This document shows positions 1-7,070 of a stretch of 11,964 bases of DNA, piece after piece. A program made the position numbers and the translations under genes. Every line of letters begins with the position of its first letter. The first letter of the stretch is position 1. Below the pieces are notes generated by a model. The model did no database searches. It was not told where the DNA came from and worked only from the letters and a program-made list of their open reading frames with translations. Source of the DNA: Promethearchaeota archaeon (lineage in GTDB: Archaea; Asgardarchaeota; Lokiarchaeia; Sigyniarchaeales; SOKP01); assembly GCA_013375475.1 (NCBI GenBank), contig JABXKD010000095.1, forward strand, positions 1 to 11,964. The letters run 5' to 3'.

Positions 1-2
1 CA

Positions 3-647
3 CGCCCCATAGATGTAATCGAAGACGCTATCAATAAGAAAAAAGGATTCGAGGGAATCATTTTAGCAAATGTATTCTTTGAAAATCTTGCATATAGAGT
101 TATATCTAAATATCTAGATAATAATAAAATAAAAATTTCTAAAAAAAATATTAAAAATCGAGTTTATATGATTGCTATTTCAATTATAGGTTTATTTGGT
201 TTTTATATTGGGTTGTTTTTTCTTCCTCTTCCACACTTAAATACAGTTCAAGGAAACAATGTAGGATTACTATTGACTTTTCCCATACTTTGGATTCTAG
301 GAATTATAACATTAATCGCACGGGCAATTGTGGGATTATGGAATATAAATCAACCACCGATATTGCAAGCTATAAACTTACCAGAAGCTCAGGGAACAAT
401 TAGCTCTGCCAATCAATTCCTTGAAGCAATTGGAAGTGGTACTGGTCCTATTATAGCTGGAGCAGTTTTAGCTTTATTTAATAATAATTATCAGGTGACT
501 GTTGGTATGACTTTGGGATTAGGAATCATTGGAGGGATGTTATGGTTGTTAGCTACTCGCTGGATAAACAAAGATGTGAATAGAATTTCCGAGATATTAA
601 AAGAACGTAGTATTGAACTATCAGAAAAAAATCGAAATAATGACTAA
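3..647 (+). CDS. 5'-partial ORF ending in the C-terminal half of a major facilitator superfamily (MFS) transporter; codons before ~140 do not look MFS-like
   Basis: The frame of ORF 168..647 is open back to base 3 (RPIDVIEDAINKKKGFEGIILANVFFENLAYRVISKYLDNNKIKISKKNIKNRVY-MIAIS...). The part from ~141 has about 4 hydrophobic helices, the MFS TM10-11 signature NLPEAQGTISSANQFLEAIGSGTGPIIAG and a charged tail. Confidence 0.8.
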   Translation, partial: RPIDVIEDAINKKKGFEGIILANVFFENLAYRVISKYLDNNKIKISKKNIKNRVYMIAISIIGLFGFYIGLFFLPLPHLNTVQGNNVGLLLTFPILWILGIITLIARAIVGLWNINQPPILQAINLPEAQGTISSANQFLEAIGSGTGPIIAGAVLALFNNNYQVTVGMTLGLGIIGGMLWLLATRWINKDVNRISEILKERSIELSEKNRNND

Positions 648-757
648 CTTTTTTATTCATAATGATTGAATATAATACCTTAAGAAAGATATTAAAAAAA
701 GCAAAGAAACTACAATAAAGTTTCTTACTATGAAGAGATTAAGAAAATGTATGTCTT

Positions 758-1285
758 CTAAAACCAATCTGTGAACTCATCAAGGACTCTTCTTTCCCTT
801 TCTTCCTTTTTTTCAAGAGATTCGTTAATTAAGCCAACAGTGAGGACTCCCATTAGTTCATATTTTTCTGGAGAAAGTTTAAATATCTCGCTAACTTTCT
901 CTTTATTTTTTAAAATTTCTCCGATCCAAACTGCACCTAAGCCCTTCGCATGAACTGCTAGTAACATATTTTGAATAAAAGCGCCTATAGCTAAAATGTC
1001 TTTTACACGATCGTAACCTCGTTCAAGATCTAAGAAGACGACGAAATTTAGATAAGCACTTTCAATAATCGCGCCATATTTTGAGTTTTCTGCTATCATT
1101 CTTTTAACCGTAGGATGAGAAACTATGCACAATTTCCAAGGTTGACTGTTTCGGGCCGAAGGAGCCCACCGTCCACAATCTACTATTTCTTTTATAGTCT
1201 GATTGTCAATTTTTTTATAAACAAAATTTCTCACGGATCTTCGAGATTTTATTAAATTCAGCAAATCGTTTGTTTTTGATTCCAT
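758..1285 (-). CDS. Nitroreductase family (FMN-dependent) protein
   Basis: Family motifs IKSRRSVRNF, WAPSARNSQPW and IQNMLLAVHAKGLGAVWIG; typical 175-aa length. Confidence 0.93.
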   Translation of the reverse strand: MESKTNDLLNLIKSRRSVRNFVYKKIDNQTIKEIVDCGRWAPSARNSQPWKLCIVSHPTVKRMIAENSKYGAIIESAYLNFVVFLDLERGYDRVKDILAIGAFIQNMLLAVHAKGLGAVWIGEILKNKEKVSEIFKLSPEKYELMGVLTVGLINESLEKKEERERRVLDEFTDWF

Positions 1286-1384
1286 AATTTAAAAATTGTG
1301 AAAGAAAGAAATTTATACTTTTGTATAGCTACTGTTGATCAAGAAAAATAAAAAGAAAATTAAAAAGTCAAATCAAAAAAGGCT

Positions 1385-1629
1385 TTATTTTTCTCCTTTG
1401 GTATATATAACAGATTTTCTGAAATAATATTTCCCATCTCGTTCAAATTTCTTAAGATATGATTCATTCTCAAGATTACGATCTATATGGTAGTAGGAAA
1501 TCAGATAATTTGTTTTCCACCACTCATCGAGAGAGAGTCATAAACCCAATAATAATCAATCACTTCCATTTGAATATCCGTGAATCCTGCATCTTCCATT
1601 AAAAATTTGATACCATCTTCATTAGTGAA
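1385..1629 (-). pseudogene. 5'-truncated, frameshifted remnant resembling a class I SAM-dependent methyltransferase C-terminus
   Basis: Manual translation gives FTNEDGIKFLMEDAGFTDIQMEVIDYYWVYDSL, then after a 2-nt shift in the (GA)4G run at 1529-1537 DEWWKTNYLISYYHIDRNLENESYLKKFERDGKYYFRKSVIYTKGEK* (TAA 1387-1385). The pattern L..AGF.DI......Y.S.DEWW is typical of methyltransferase C-termini. No SAM-binding N-terminal half is present upstream. Confidence 0.6.
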
Positions 1630-1713
1630 AAAATAATAAAAAATAGTAAAAAAACTTTTTCTATTGTATTCTATTTCTACTTTCTGGAATTTCTAGTTCA
1701 ACCGCTATACTTC

Positions 1714-2241
1714 TTACTTGGATTTGTTTAAATCTTCAGCATCGTCTTCTAATACATCGTAGTACTCAATGTCCATTAATCCACCAGTTCTATTTTCAGC
1801 CCAATGAACTTTAACAGGCATTCCAACATAGGTGTCTTTAAAGTCAACTTCTGGATTCAATTGAGTAATAATTGCAGTATCTGCTCCATCTTGATGTACC
1901 AATACGGTTGGTTTTTCTTGAACTTCTCCTGTTTCTGAATCTTTTAGATATACTATTGCATATGTTGCAACTTTACCCGTTTCTCGGAGATCAACCCATT
2001 GATCGGGTTCTACTAAGCATTTTCCACATACTAATCGAGGTGGAAAAAATACTCTGTTGCATCCAGAACACTGGTTTCCTACTAATTTTTTATCTTTCAA
2101 TTTCTTTAAAAAAAGACTGTTATGAGAGATATTGAATTTATATTTATAACTTGCCAAATACCAATTACCCGGCATTGTACGTGTTCTCACATAGTCTTTT
2201 TTAATGTAATCAAGAGATTTTCTTTGCGTTAATTTTGACAT
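1714..2241 (-). CDS. DUF35 family Zn-ribbon/OB-fold protein (thiolase/aldolase accessory, acyl-CoA binding)
   Basis: CSGC...FFPPRLVCGKC zinc ribbon, GKVATYAIV, VGMPVKVHW. Preferred start is ATG 2241 (MSKLTQ, 175 aa) behind a GGAGGTGA RBS that overlaps the upstream stop; the ORF-track GTG 2256 overlaps that RBS. Confidence 0.9.
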   Translation of the reverse strand: MSKLTQRKSLDYIKKDYVRTRTMPGNWYLASYKYKFNISHNSLFLKKLKDKKLVGNQCSGCNRVFFPPRLVCGKCLVEPDQWVDLRETGKVATYAIVYLKDSETGEVQEKPTVLVHQDGADTAIITQLNPEVDFKDTYVGMPVKVHWAENRTGGLMDIEYYDVLEDDAEDLNKSK

Positions 2242-2246
2242 TTTTT

Positions 2247-3494
2247 TCACCTCCACTTCCGTTGGGGCTCATCACTCATAACCATCAAAGTACATAGGTT
2301 TAACGAACCACCCCAGCCGTGACCGATTGATGTATGTACAGTTTTTGGAACTTGATTATCCGCTTTACCCATTATCTGGAGAGCTGCTTCCGCTGGTCGT
2401 TCCATAGCAGAGGCTCCAATCGCATTTGTTGAATTAACTCCACCAGAACAATTTATTGGTAATTCTCCTTTTAGAGCAGTTACTCCAGTTTCGTACATTT
2501 TAGGAGCAGTAGTTTCTTCGAATAGTCCTAATTTTTCAACCCACATAAGTTCTTGATTTGGGAAAGGAGAATACACTTCAGCGTAATCAATTTCTTTTCT
2601 TGGGAAAGAAATACCGGCTTGAGAGTAAGCTAACTCTGAAGATTTCATGGCACCTAATTGATCTGATGGATCTATCTGTCCCGAACCACTTCCGTCGTAT
2701 CCAAGTATAGCTGTTTCATTAGCTACGCTGGCTACTCCATTTACATAAACGGGAATATCGCATATCTTTTTGGCCTTTTCTTCAGTTGTAAAAAGCATAG
2801 CGCATGCTCCATCTGAGGCGGGACAAACCATGCCATATCTTAACGGGAAGGAGATATAAGGTGTGTCGAGTACCTCTTCAATCGTAAGATCAGGCATTTT
2901 TAAATGAGTCCACCACGTTTTTGCAGCGTTATGTCTATTTTGTACAACCACTCTTGCTAAATCTTCTTCTGTAGTATGAGTTTTTCGCATATAATTTGTA
3001 GCTTGATACGCAGCTACACCTATTGCTGCTCCCGCAGATAACAATCGCGATAATTGGTCATAAGGGATACCCATCGTATTTAGAACAGAAATTTCCCCAT
3101 ACGCAACACTTGCAAGACCAACGCTTGTATCGCCTTGAGATTGTTGTTCAAATCCTATTGCTAAAACAGTATCAATTTTCGGTAACCCTGCAGCAACCGT
3201 GTAATACCCTGATATTGCTACCGTCCCTCCTGTTGTACCACCAGTGGTAACCCTTAACAAGGGTTTATTCCTCGCCCCCATCCAATCTGTCATCCATAAT
3301 TCCGGAATGTTTACCCCCTCAAATGCAGGCATATTACCGTTTACAAACGCATCAATATCTCCTAATTCTACACCAGGAGCATTCTTTAAGCAATCTTCGA
3401 CTGCTTCGCTTACCAATTCTGCCATATTAACATCAGACCTTTTTGAAGCGTGTTCACTAAAACCAGCTGATGCTATTGCTACTTGTCTTCCCAT
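2247..3494 (-). CDS. ltp3: Thiolase-fold (SCP2-type) protein lacking the catalytic Cys; Ltp3-like aldol-lyase subunit
   Basis: KPLLRVTTGGTTGGT replaces E..CASG; AEVYSPF..QELMWVEKLG replaces EVHDCF; NCSGGVNSTNAIGASA replaces the GHP motif; GHGWGG near the C-terminus. These match my recollection of actinobacterial Ltp3 (RVHTAGSVGGST, AEIYVPF, GGVLSSNPIGASG, GHAYGG). GGAGGT RBS. Fold is confident; orthology less so. Confidence 0.85.
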   Translation of the reverse strand: MGRQVAIASAGFSEHASKRSDVNMAELVSEAVEDCLKNAPGVELGDIDAFVNGNMPAFEGVNIPELWMTDWMGARNKPLLRVTTGGTTGGTVAISGYYTVAAGLPKIDTVLAIGFEQQSQGDTSVGLASVAYGEISVLNTMGIPYDQLSRLLSAGAAIGVAAYQATNYMRKTHTTEEDLARVVVQNRHNAAKTWWTHLKMPDLTIEEVLDTPYISFPLRYGMVCPASDGACAMLFTTEEKAKKICDIPVYVNGVASVANETAILGYDGSGSGQIDPSDQLGAMKSSELAYSQAGISFPRKEIDYAEVYSPFPNQELMWVEKLGLFEETTAPKMYETGVTALKGELPINCSGGVNSTNAIGASAMERPAEAALQIMGKADNQVPKTVHTSIGHGWGGSLNLCTLMVMSDEPQRKWR

Positions 3495-3496
3495 TT

Positions 3497-4639
3497 TTAA
3501 TTACCTCCCTCCAATACAAATAAAATATTATTTTGCGCACACATACCTATTTGACCGGAAGCAACTGCTTTTTTAGCATTATTAACTTGATAACCGTTTG
3601 CCTCTCCCCTCAGTTGTTTAGCAGCTTCAATTATTCTAATTAGACCAGTTGCACAAGGGGGATTACCACTTGTAGCCCCACCAGAAGGATTTATTGAAAT
3701 ATCTCCATTTATTTCAGAATTGATACCTGCTCCTTTCCCCTTTTCTGCTAATCCTAATGCCTCTGATAATATTAGTTCCTCGTGAGCATAAGCCTCAAAT
3801 AATTCTGCTACATTAATTTCACTTTTAGGATCTTTAATACCAGCACTTTCAAATGCAGCTTTTCCTGCTAACTCCATTGATTTGCTTTCATATAAATTAC
3901 GATCTCCAAGATAATATGCATCTTGAGAATATCCAACACCTGTAATCCAAACGGGATTATCAAGTATCTTTAAAGCTAGCCTTTCTGGTGCTAACAGTAA
4001 GGCAGCAACACCATCACAAGGTTGTGCAACCATTAATTCAGTTACAGGATCAGAATAATTACCGGAGGTTAACACATCTTCAACATTAATATTAGAATTT
4101 TGAGCTTCTGCTAATGCTAAAGGATTTTTAGCGGCATTCTTTCTATTTTTAACTGCAACTTTAGCTATTTCTTCAATTTTAACTCCATATTTTTCCATGT
4201 ATGATCTCATCTGAAACCCAGCAGAAGTAATATCGTTCACATAGGCTAATGGTCGTTCCCAAGTAGGATCAGTCTCATATAACCGAGTTGAATGATAAGG
4301 GAAACACGAAGGCATACTTCCTCCCCAAACAACTGCTAATTTGTGGTTTCCAGATAAAATTCTCATCAATCCATATAAAACAGCGTGCGCACCATCCATT
4401 TCTACTTTACTCTCGTCGGCCATATATCCTCCGCCTACTTCGACCGTAAAACAATTTGAAATAGTACGGCCGTCGTAATAATCGTTTGTGCACGAGATTA
4501 CTGTAGAAATATCTTTTTTCTTGAGCCCCGCCATATCAATAGCACCTCTCACAGCTTCAAAAATCATTTCATAACGGCCATAATTAGCATCTGAATGTAA
4601 TTTTACTTGATAATAACCTACAATTCCAACTTTTTCCAT
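3497..4639 (-). CDS. ltp4: Thiolase-fold protein, Ltp4-like partner subunit
   Basis: NDYYDGRTIS and ESKVEMDGAHAVLYGLMRILSG (Ltp4-type VEMD in place of the nucleophilic Cys loop); CDGVAALLLA, VAELFEAY, NPSGGATSGNPPCATG (no His). GAGGTG RBS; 2-nt gap to the next gene. Confidence 0.85.
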   Translation of the reverse strand: MEKVGIVGYYQVKLHSDANYGRYEMIFEAVRGAIDMAGLKKKDISTVISCTNDYYDGRTISNCFTVEVGGGYMADESKVEMDGAHAVLYGLMRILSGNHKLAVVWGGSMPSCFPYHSTRLYETDPTWERPLAYVNDITSAGFQMRSYMEKYGVKIEEIAKVAVKNRKNAAKNPLALAEAQNSNINVEDVLTSGNYSDPVTELMVAQPCDGVAALLLAPERLALKILDNPVWITGVGYSQDAYYLGDRNLYESKSMELAGKAAFESAGIKDPKSEINVAELFEAYAHEELILSEALGLAEKGKGAGINSEINGDISINPSGGATSGNPPCATGLIRIIEAAKQLRGEANGYQVNNAKKAVASGQIGMCAQNNILFVLEGGN

Positions 4640-4654
4640 TTAATCCATAACACC

Positions 4655-5116
4655 TCATACTTTTACGAAACCCTTGATATCTGAAGGGTCTCCTTTTGGT
4701 TTTTCTGCCCATTCTATCTTTACCTTCATACCAATTTTAACTTCACCTGGTTTTAGATCTAAAAGCCTATAGATTATAGATGTATTGCTCCCATCAATTT
4801 GTACCATTCCAAGTAATAAATCCTTAGTTTTTCTATGAGTTCTATCGTTCACTCTGTAAGGAGTTATTGTATAATTTAAAAGAGTACCTGTATCGGATAA
4901 ATCAATCCAATTCTCCTCGAGTGGAATTACTATGTTGCATTTTCCACAAATTTTCCTCGGAGGGACAAAAACATCACCACACTTCCCACATTTATTGCCA
5001 ATTACTCTTTTATTCTCTAAATTGTCAAAAAATTTATCTAAGTAACGCCCAACCCAGAAATTAAAGTCAGCGCGAACCATTCCCTGATTCGAAACAATAA
5101 CCTTATCTTCAATCAT
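4655..5116 (-). CDS. DUF35 family Zn-ribbon/OB-fold protein, first gene of the operon
   Basis: CGKCGDVFVPPRKICGKC zinc ribbon, GTLLNYTI, VKIGMKVKIEW; 15 nt upstream of the ltp4-like gene. Confidence 0.92.
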   Translation of the reverse strand: MIEDKVIVSNQGMVRADFNFWVGRYLDKFFDNLENKRVIGNKCGKCGDVFVPPRKICGKCNIVIPLEENWIDLSDTGTLLNYTITPYRVNDRTHRKTKDLLLGMVQIDGSNTSIIYRLLDLKPGEVKIGMKVKIEWAEKPKGDPSDIKGFVKV

Positions 5117-5146
5117 TTTAATTCAGATTTTGTTTTAATTTTTATG

Positions 5147-5176
5147 AGAATTAAGTTCCTAATTCTTTAAATACTT
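5147..5176 (-). promoter_or_regulatory. Candidate TATA box and adjacent inverted repeat for the DUF35-ltp operon
   Basis: Minus strand AAGTATTTAAA (5176-5166) is followed by the perfect inverted repeat AGAATTA-N6-TAATTCT (5147-5166), 30-50 nt upstream of ATG 5116. The AT-rich background lowers certainty. Confidence 0.35.
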
Positions 5177-5448
5177 ATTATATTGAGAGTTCAGTATTAA
5201 AATAATAAAAGGAAAATTACCGAATTTTGAATAATTATTAATTGATTAATACATCTTGCTTAAAATCCGATAAAAAGCTCTTTTTTTAGCTATCTAATAA
5301 AAATTCTCGATTTTTGCAATAATATCTTTACTAATAAAAACTGATTGGTTAAGTTCTTCGTATATTCGTGCTTTAGGTTTTAAAATACACCGTCCAACGA
5401 CCGGTAAAGCGCTTATGAAAAAGTGGTTTTTTTTTTTATATCTTTCCT

Positions 5449-5482
5449 ATATTTTTCGTTGAATAATATTTTTCGTTGAATA
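5449..5482. repeat. Perfect 17-bp tandem duplication
   Basis: ATATTTTTCGTTGAATA at 5449-5465 and 5466-5482. Confidence 0.95.
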
Positions 5483-5504
5483 CTAAAGATTAACATAAAA
5501 TAAA

Positions 5505-5527
5505 TGAATGCTCATTCAGTGAATGAG
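5505..5527. promoter_or_regulatory. Overlapping palindromes, candidate TetR-family operator
   Basis: TGAATG-CT-CATTCA (5505-5518) overlaps CTCATTCA-G-TGAATGAG (5511-5527), giving three alternating TGAATG half-sites in the divergent intergenic region. Confidence 0.55.
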
Positions 5528-5567
5528 GATTCGGTAAAAACTGTGAAATTTTAACCGTTGCAAGTGT

Positions 5568-5584
5568 AGGAAAACATTTATATA
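5568..5584 (+). promoter_or_regulatory. Candidate BRE/TATA promoter for the flavoenzyme gene
   Basis: Purine-rich AGGAAAACA followed by TTTATATA (5577-5584); a second TTTATATA at 5613-5620. Confidence 0.45.
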
Positions 5585-5676
5585 CTATATATCAACTTTG
5601 ATAAATTAATTATTTATATAAACAAATATTTGAATAAATTTAATATAAGATCTAACAAAAAAAAAAGTGATTTAAA

Positions 5677-6735
5677 ATGGTTATTGAAACTAATATTACC
5701 AAGATGCTTGGAATTAAACATCCAATTTTAAGCGCACCAATGGGTCCGTTTTATACAACAAAATTAACAGTTGCCGTGTCGGAAGCTGGAGGATTAGGTG
5801 TATTAAGCCATGTAACACTCCATGGAACAGTAACTTTAAATGAAATGAAGAAAAGCATGGAATATGTGGTAGAGCACACAGATAAGCCTTTTGGATTTAA
5901 CATCAGAACAGCCAGATTACAACCAGATGCTATAAAACTTTGTAGACAACTTCCTCGATTCATCATGGAAAATCCGAAAATTCGAGAACAGTGCGTCTAT
6001 TTGATTACTAGCGCAGGTTCCCCCAGAATGATTTATAACAAACATTTTGAAAAATTAAAGGAAACAGGTTCACAAATAAAACATTTCCATGTTGCTCCCT
6101 CGATCTATCTAGCAAATAAATTGTTAGAAAGTGGAGTCGATGGAATAGTTGCGACTGGAATTGAAGGTGGAGGTCATCAGTCGTACGAAAACATAAGTTC
6201 ATTAGTCCTATTGCAAGAAATAAGAAAAAAGTTACCGGAGGTTCCTGTCATTGCATCTGGAGGTTATGCTACAGGTGAAGGCTTAGCTTCGGCCTTATCT
6301 ATGGGTGCTGGTGCAATACAGATGGGTTCAAGATTTATCTCGTCAAAAGAATGTGAATTCCATGACAATTACAAACAAATCGTAGTTAATTCTACTACAT
6401 CTGATACTGAACTAAAAACGGGGATTTTTGGACCTGCAAGAGTCTGGAAGAATAAACTTGCTGAAACGCATGGTTTAGTTGAAAACAAGGAGGAAAAGCA
6501 AGCAGGTGAAACTTCAATTTCCAAAGTTGAAAGGGAACTAGCTGAACTTGAAATGACCTATCATGGAAATGTACAAGATGGTACTGTTTATTTAGGACAA
6601 AGCATCGGATTAATTGATCGCGTGGAAACTGTAAAGGAGATAATTGACACTATTATATATGATGCGGAAAATAGTTTAAGAAATGCTTTTAATACAATTA
6701 AACCATCTTATTTAGAACAAACAGTAGAATTTTAG
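5677..6735 (+). CDS. Nitronate monooxygenase / FabK-type enoyl-thioester reductase family FMN flavoprotein
   Basis: TKMLGIKHPILSAPM, AVSEAGGLG, TDKPFGFNI, GIEGGGH, PVIASGG...ALSMGAGAIQMGSRF, GQSIGLI. Confidence 0.92.
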   Translation: MVIETNITKMLGIKHPILSAPMGPFYTTKLTVAVSEAGGLGVLSHVTLHGTVTLNEMKKSMEYVVEHTDKPFGFNIRTARLQPDAIKLCRQLPRFIMENPKIREQCVYLITSAGSPRMIYNKHFEKLKETGSQIKHFHVAPSIYLANKLLESGVDGIVATGIEGGGHQSYENISSLVLLQEIRKKLPEVPVIASGGYATGEGLASALSMGAGAIQMGSRFISSKECEFHDNYKQIVVNSTTSDTELKTGIFGPARVWKNKLAETHGLVENKEEKQAGETSISKVERELAELEMTYHGNVQDGTVYLGQSIGLIDRVETVKEIIDTIIYDAENSLRNAFNTIKPSYLEQTVEF

Positions 6736-6883
6736 TCTTTTTTATAATATCTTAATTATTTATAAAAATTTTTTACACTTTTTATCATTATTTTTTTATT
6801 TTTTATGCCCTTGAATTTGTTATAATTATAATATCAGTATATTATAATGATTAAAGTGTCTCGATAGACATTATTTATCCAAC

Positions 6884-7007
6884 CTACAAGTTATCAAAGT
6901 AACATAAATAGGATAAGAACCTCATAGCTTCAGAGATTTCTGGCATGATTTAGTTGTATCATAGATTGATACACCTAGATATTTCTTCCTTTTAAATACA
7001 CTTGTAG
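6884..7007 (+). ncRNA. Candidate structured RNA (multi-stem) upstream of the sepF-like gene
   Basis: Nested complementarity found by eye: 6884-6891/7000-7007 (8 bp perfect), 6910-6919/6983-6990 (8 bp with a 2-nt bulge), enclosing hairpins 6922-6948 and 6951-6977. No known family recognised; strand assumed from G-U pairs and the downstream gene. Confidence 0.35.
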
Positions 7008-7070
7008 ATAGAGTTTCATCGTAAAGCAAAAAAGTAAGTTAACTAGAAAATCTTTGGTCGTGGTGTAAAA

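Noticed and set aside
771-953. 60-aa + strand ORF
   Set aside because: Antisense shadow inside the nitroreductase gene; no motif.
1682-1691. TTCTGGAATT resembling part of the 157-bp repeat
   Set aside because: Only a 10-bp match without flanking similarity; plausible by chance in AT-rich DNA.
2247-4639. Mevalonate-pathway acetoacetyl-CoA thiolase/DUF35 complex
   Set aside because: No HMG-CoA synthase adjacent, and the catalytic Cys/His residues are absent in both proteins.
1872-5064. + strand ORFs 1872..2135, 3023..3250, 3244..3576 and 4867..5064
   Set aside because: Antisense shadows of the well-supported DUF35/thiolase-fold operon.
5449-5482. Possible CRISPR array
   Set aside because: Only two abutting 17-bp units, with no spacer and no cas genes.
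5751-6202. - strand ORFs 5751..5966 and 6008..6202
   Set aside because: Antisense to the flavoenzyme gene; no recognisable features.
6945-6982. Possible eukaryote-like SECIS element (ATGA plus hairpin)
   Set aside because: No correctly placed 3' GA of the kink-turn core, no apical AA, and no in-frame TGA selenoprotein candidate nearby.
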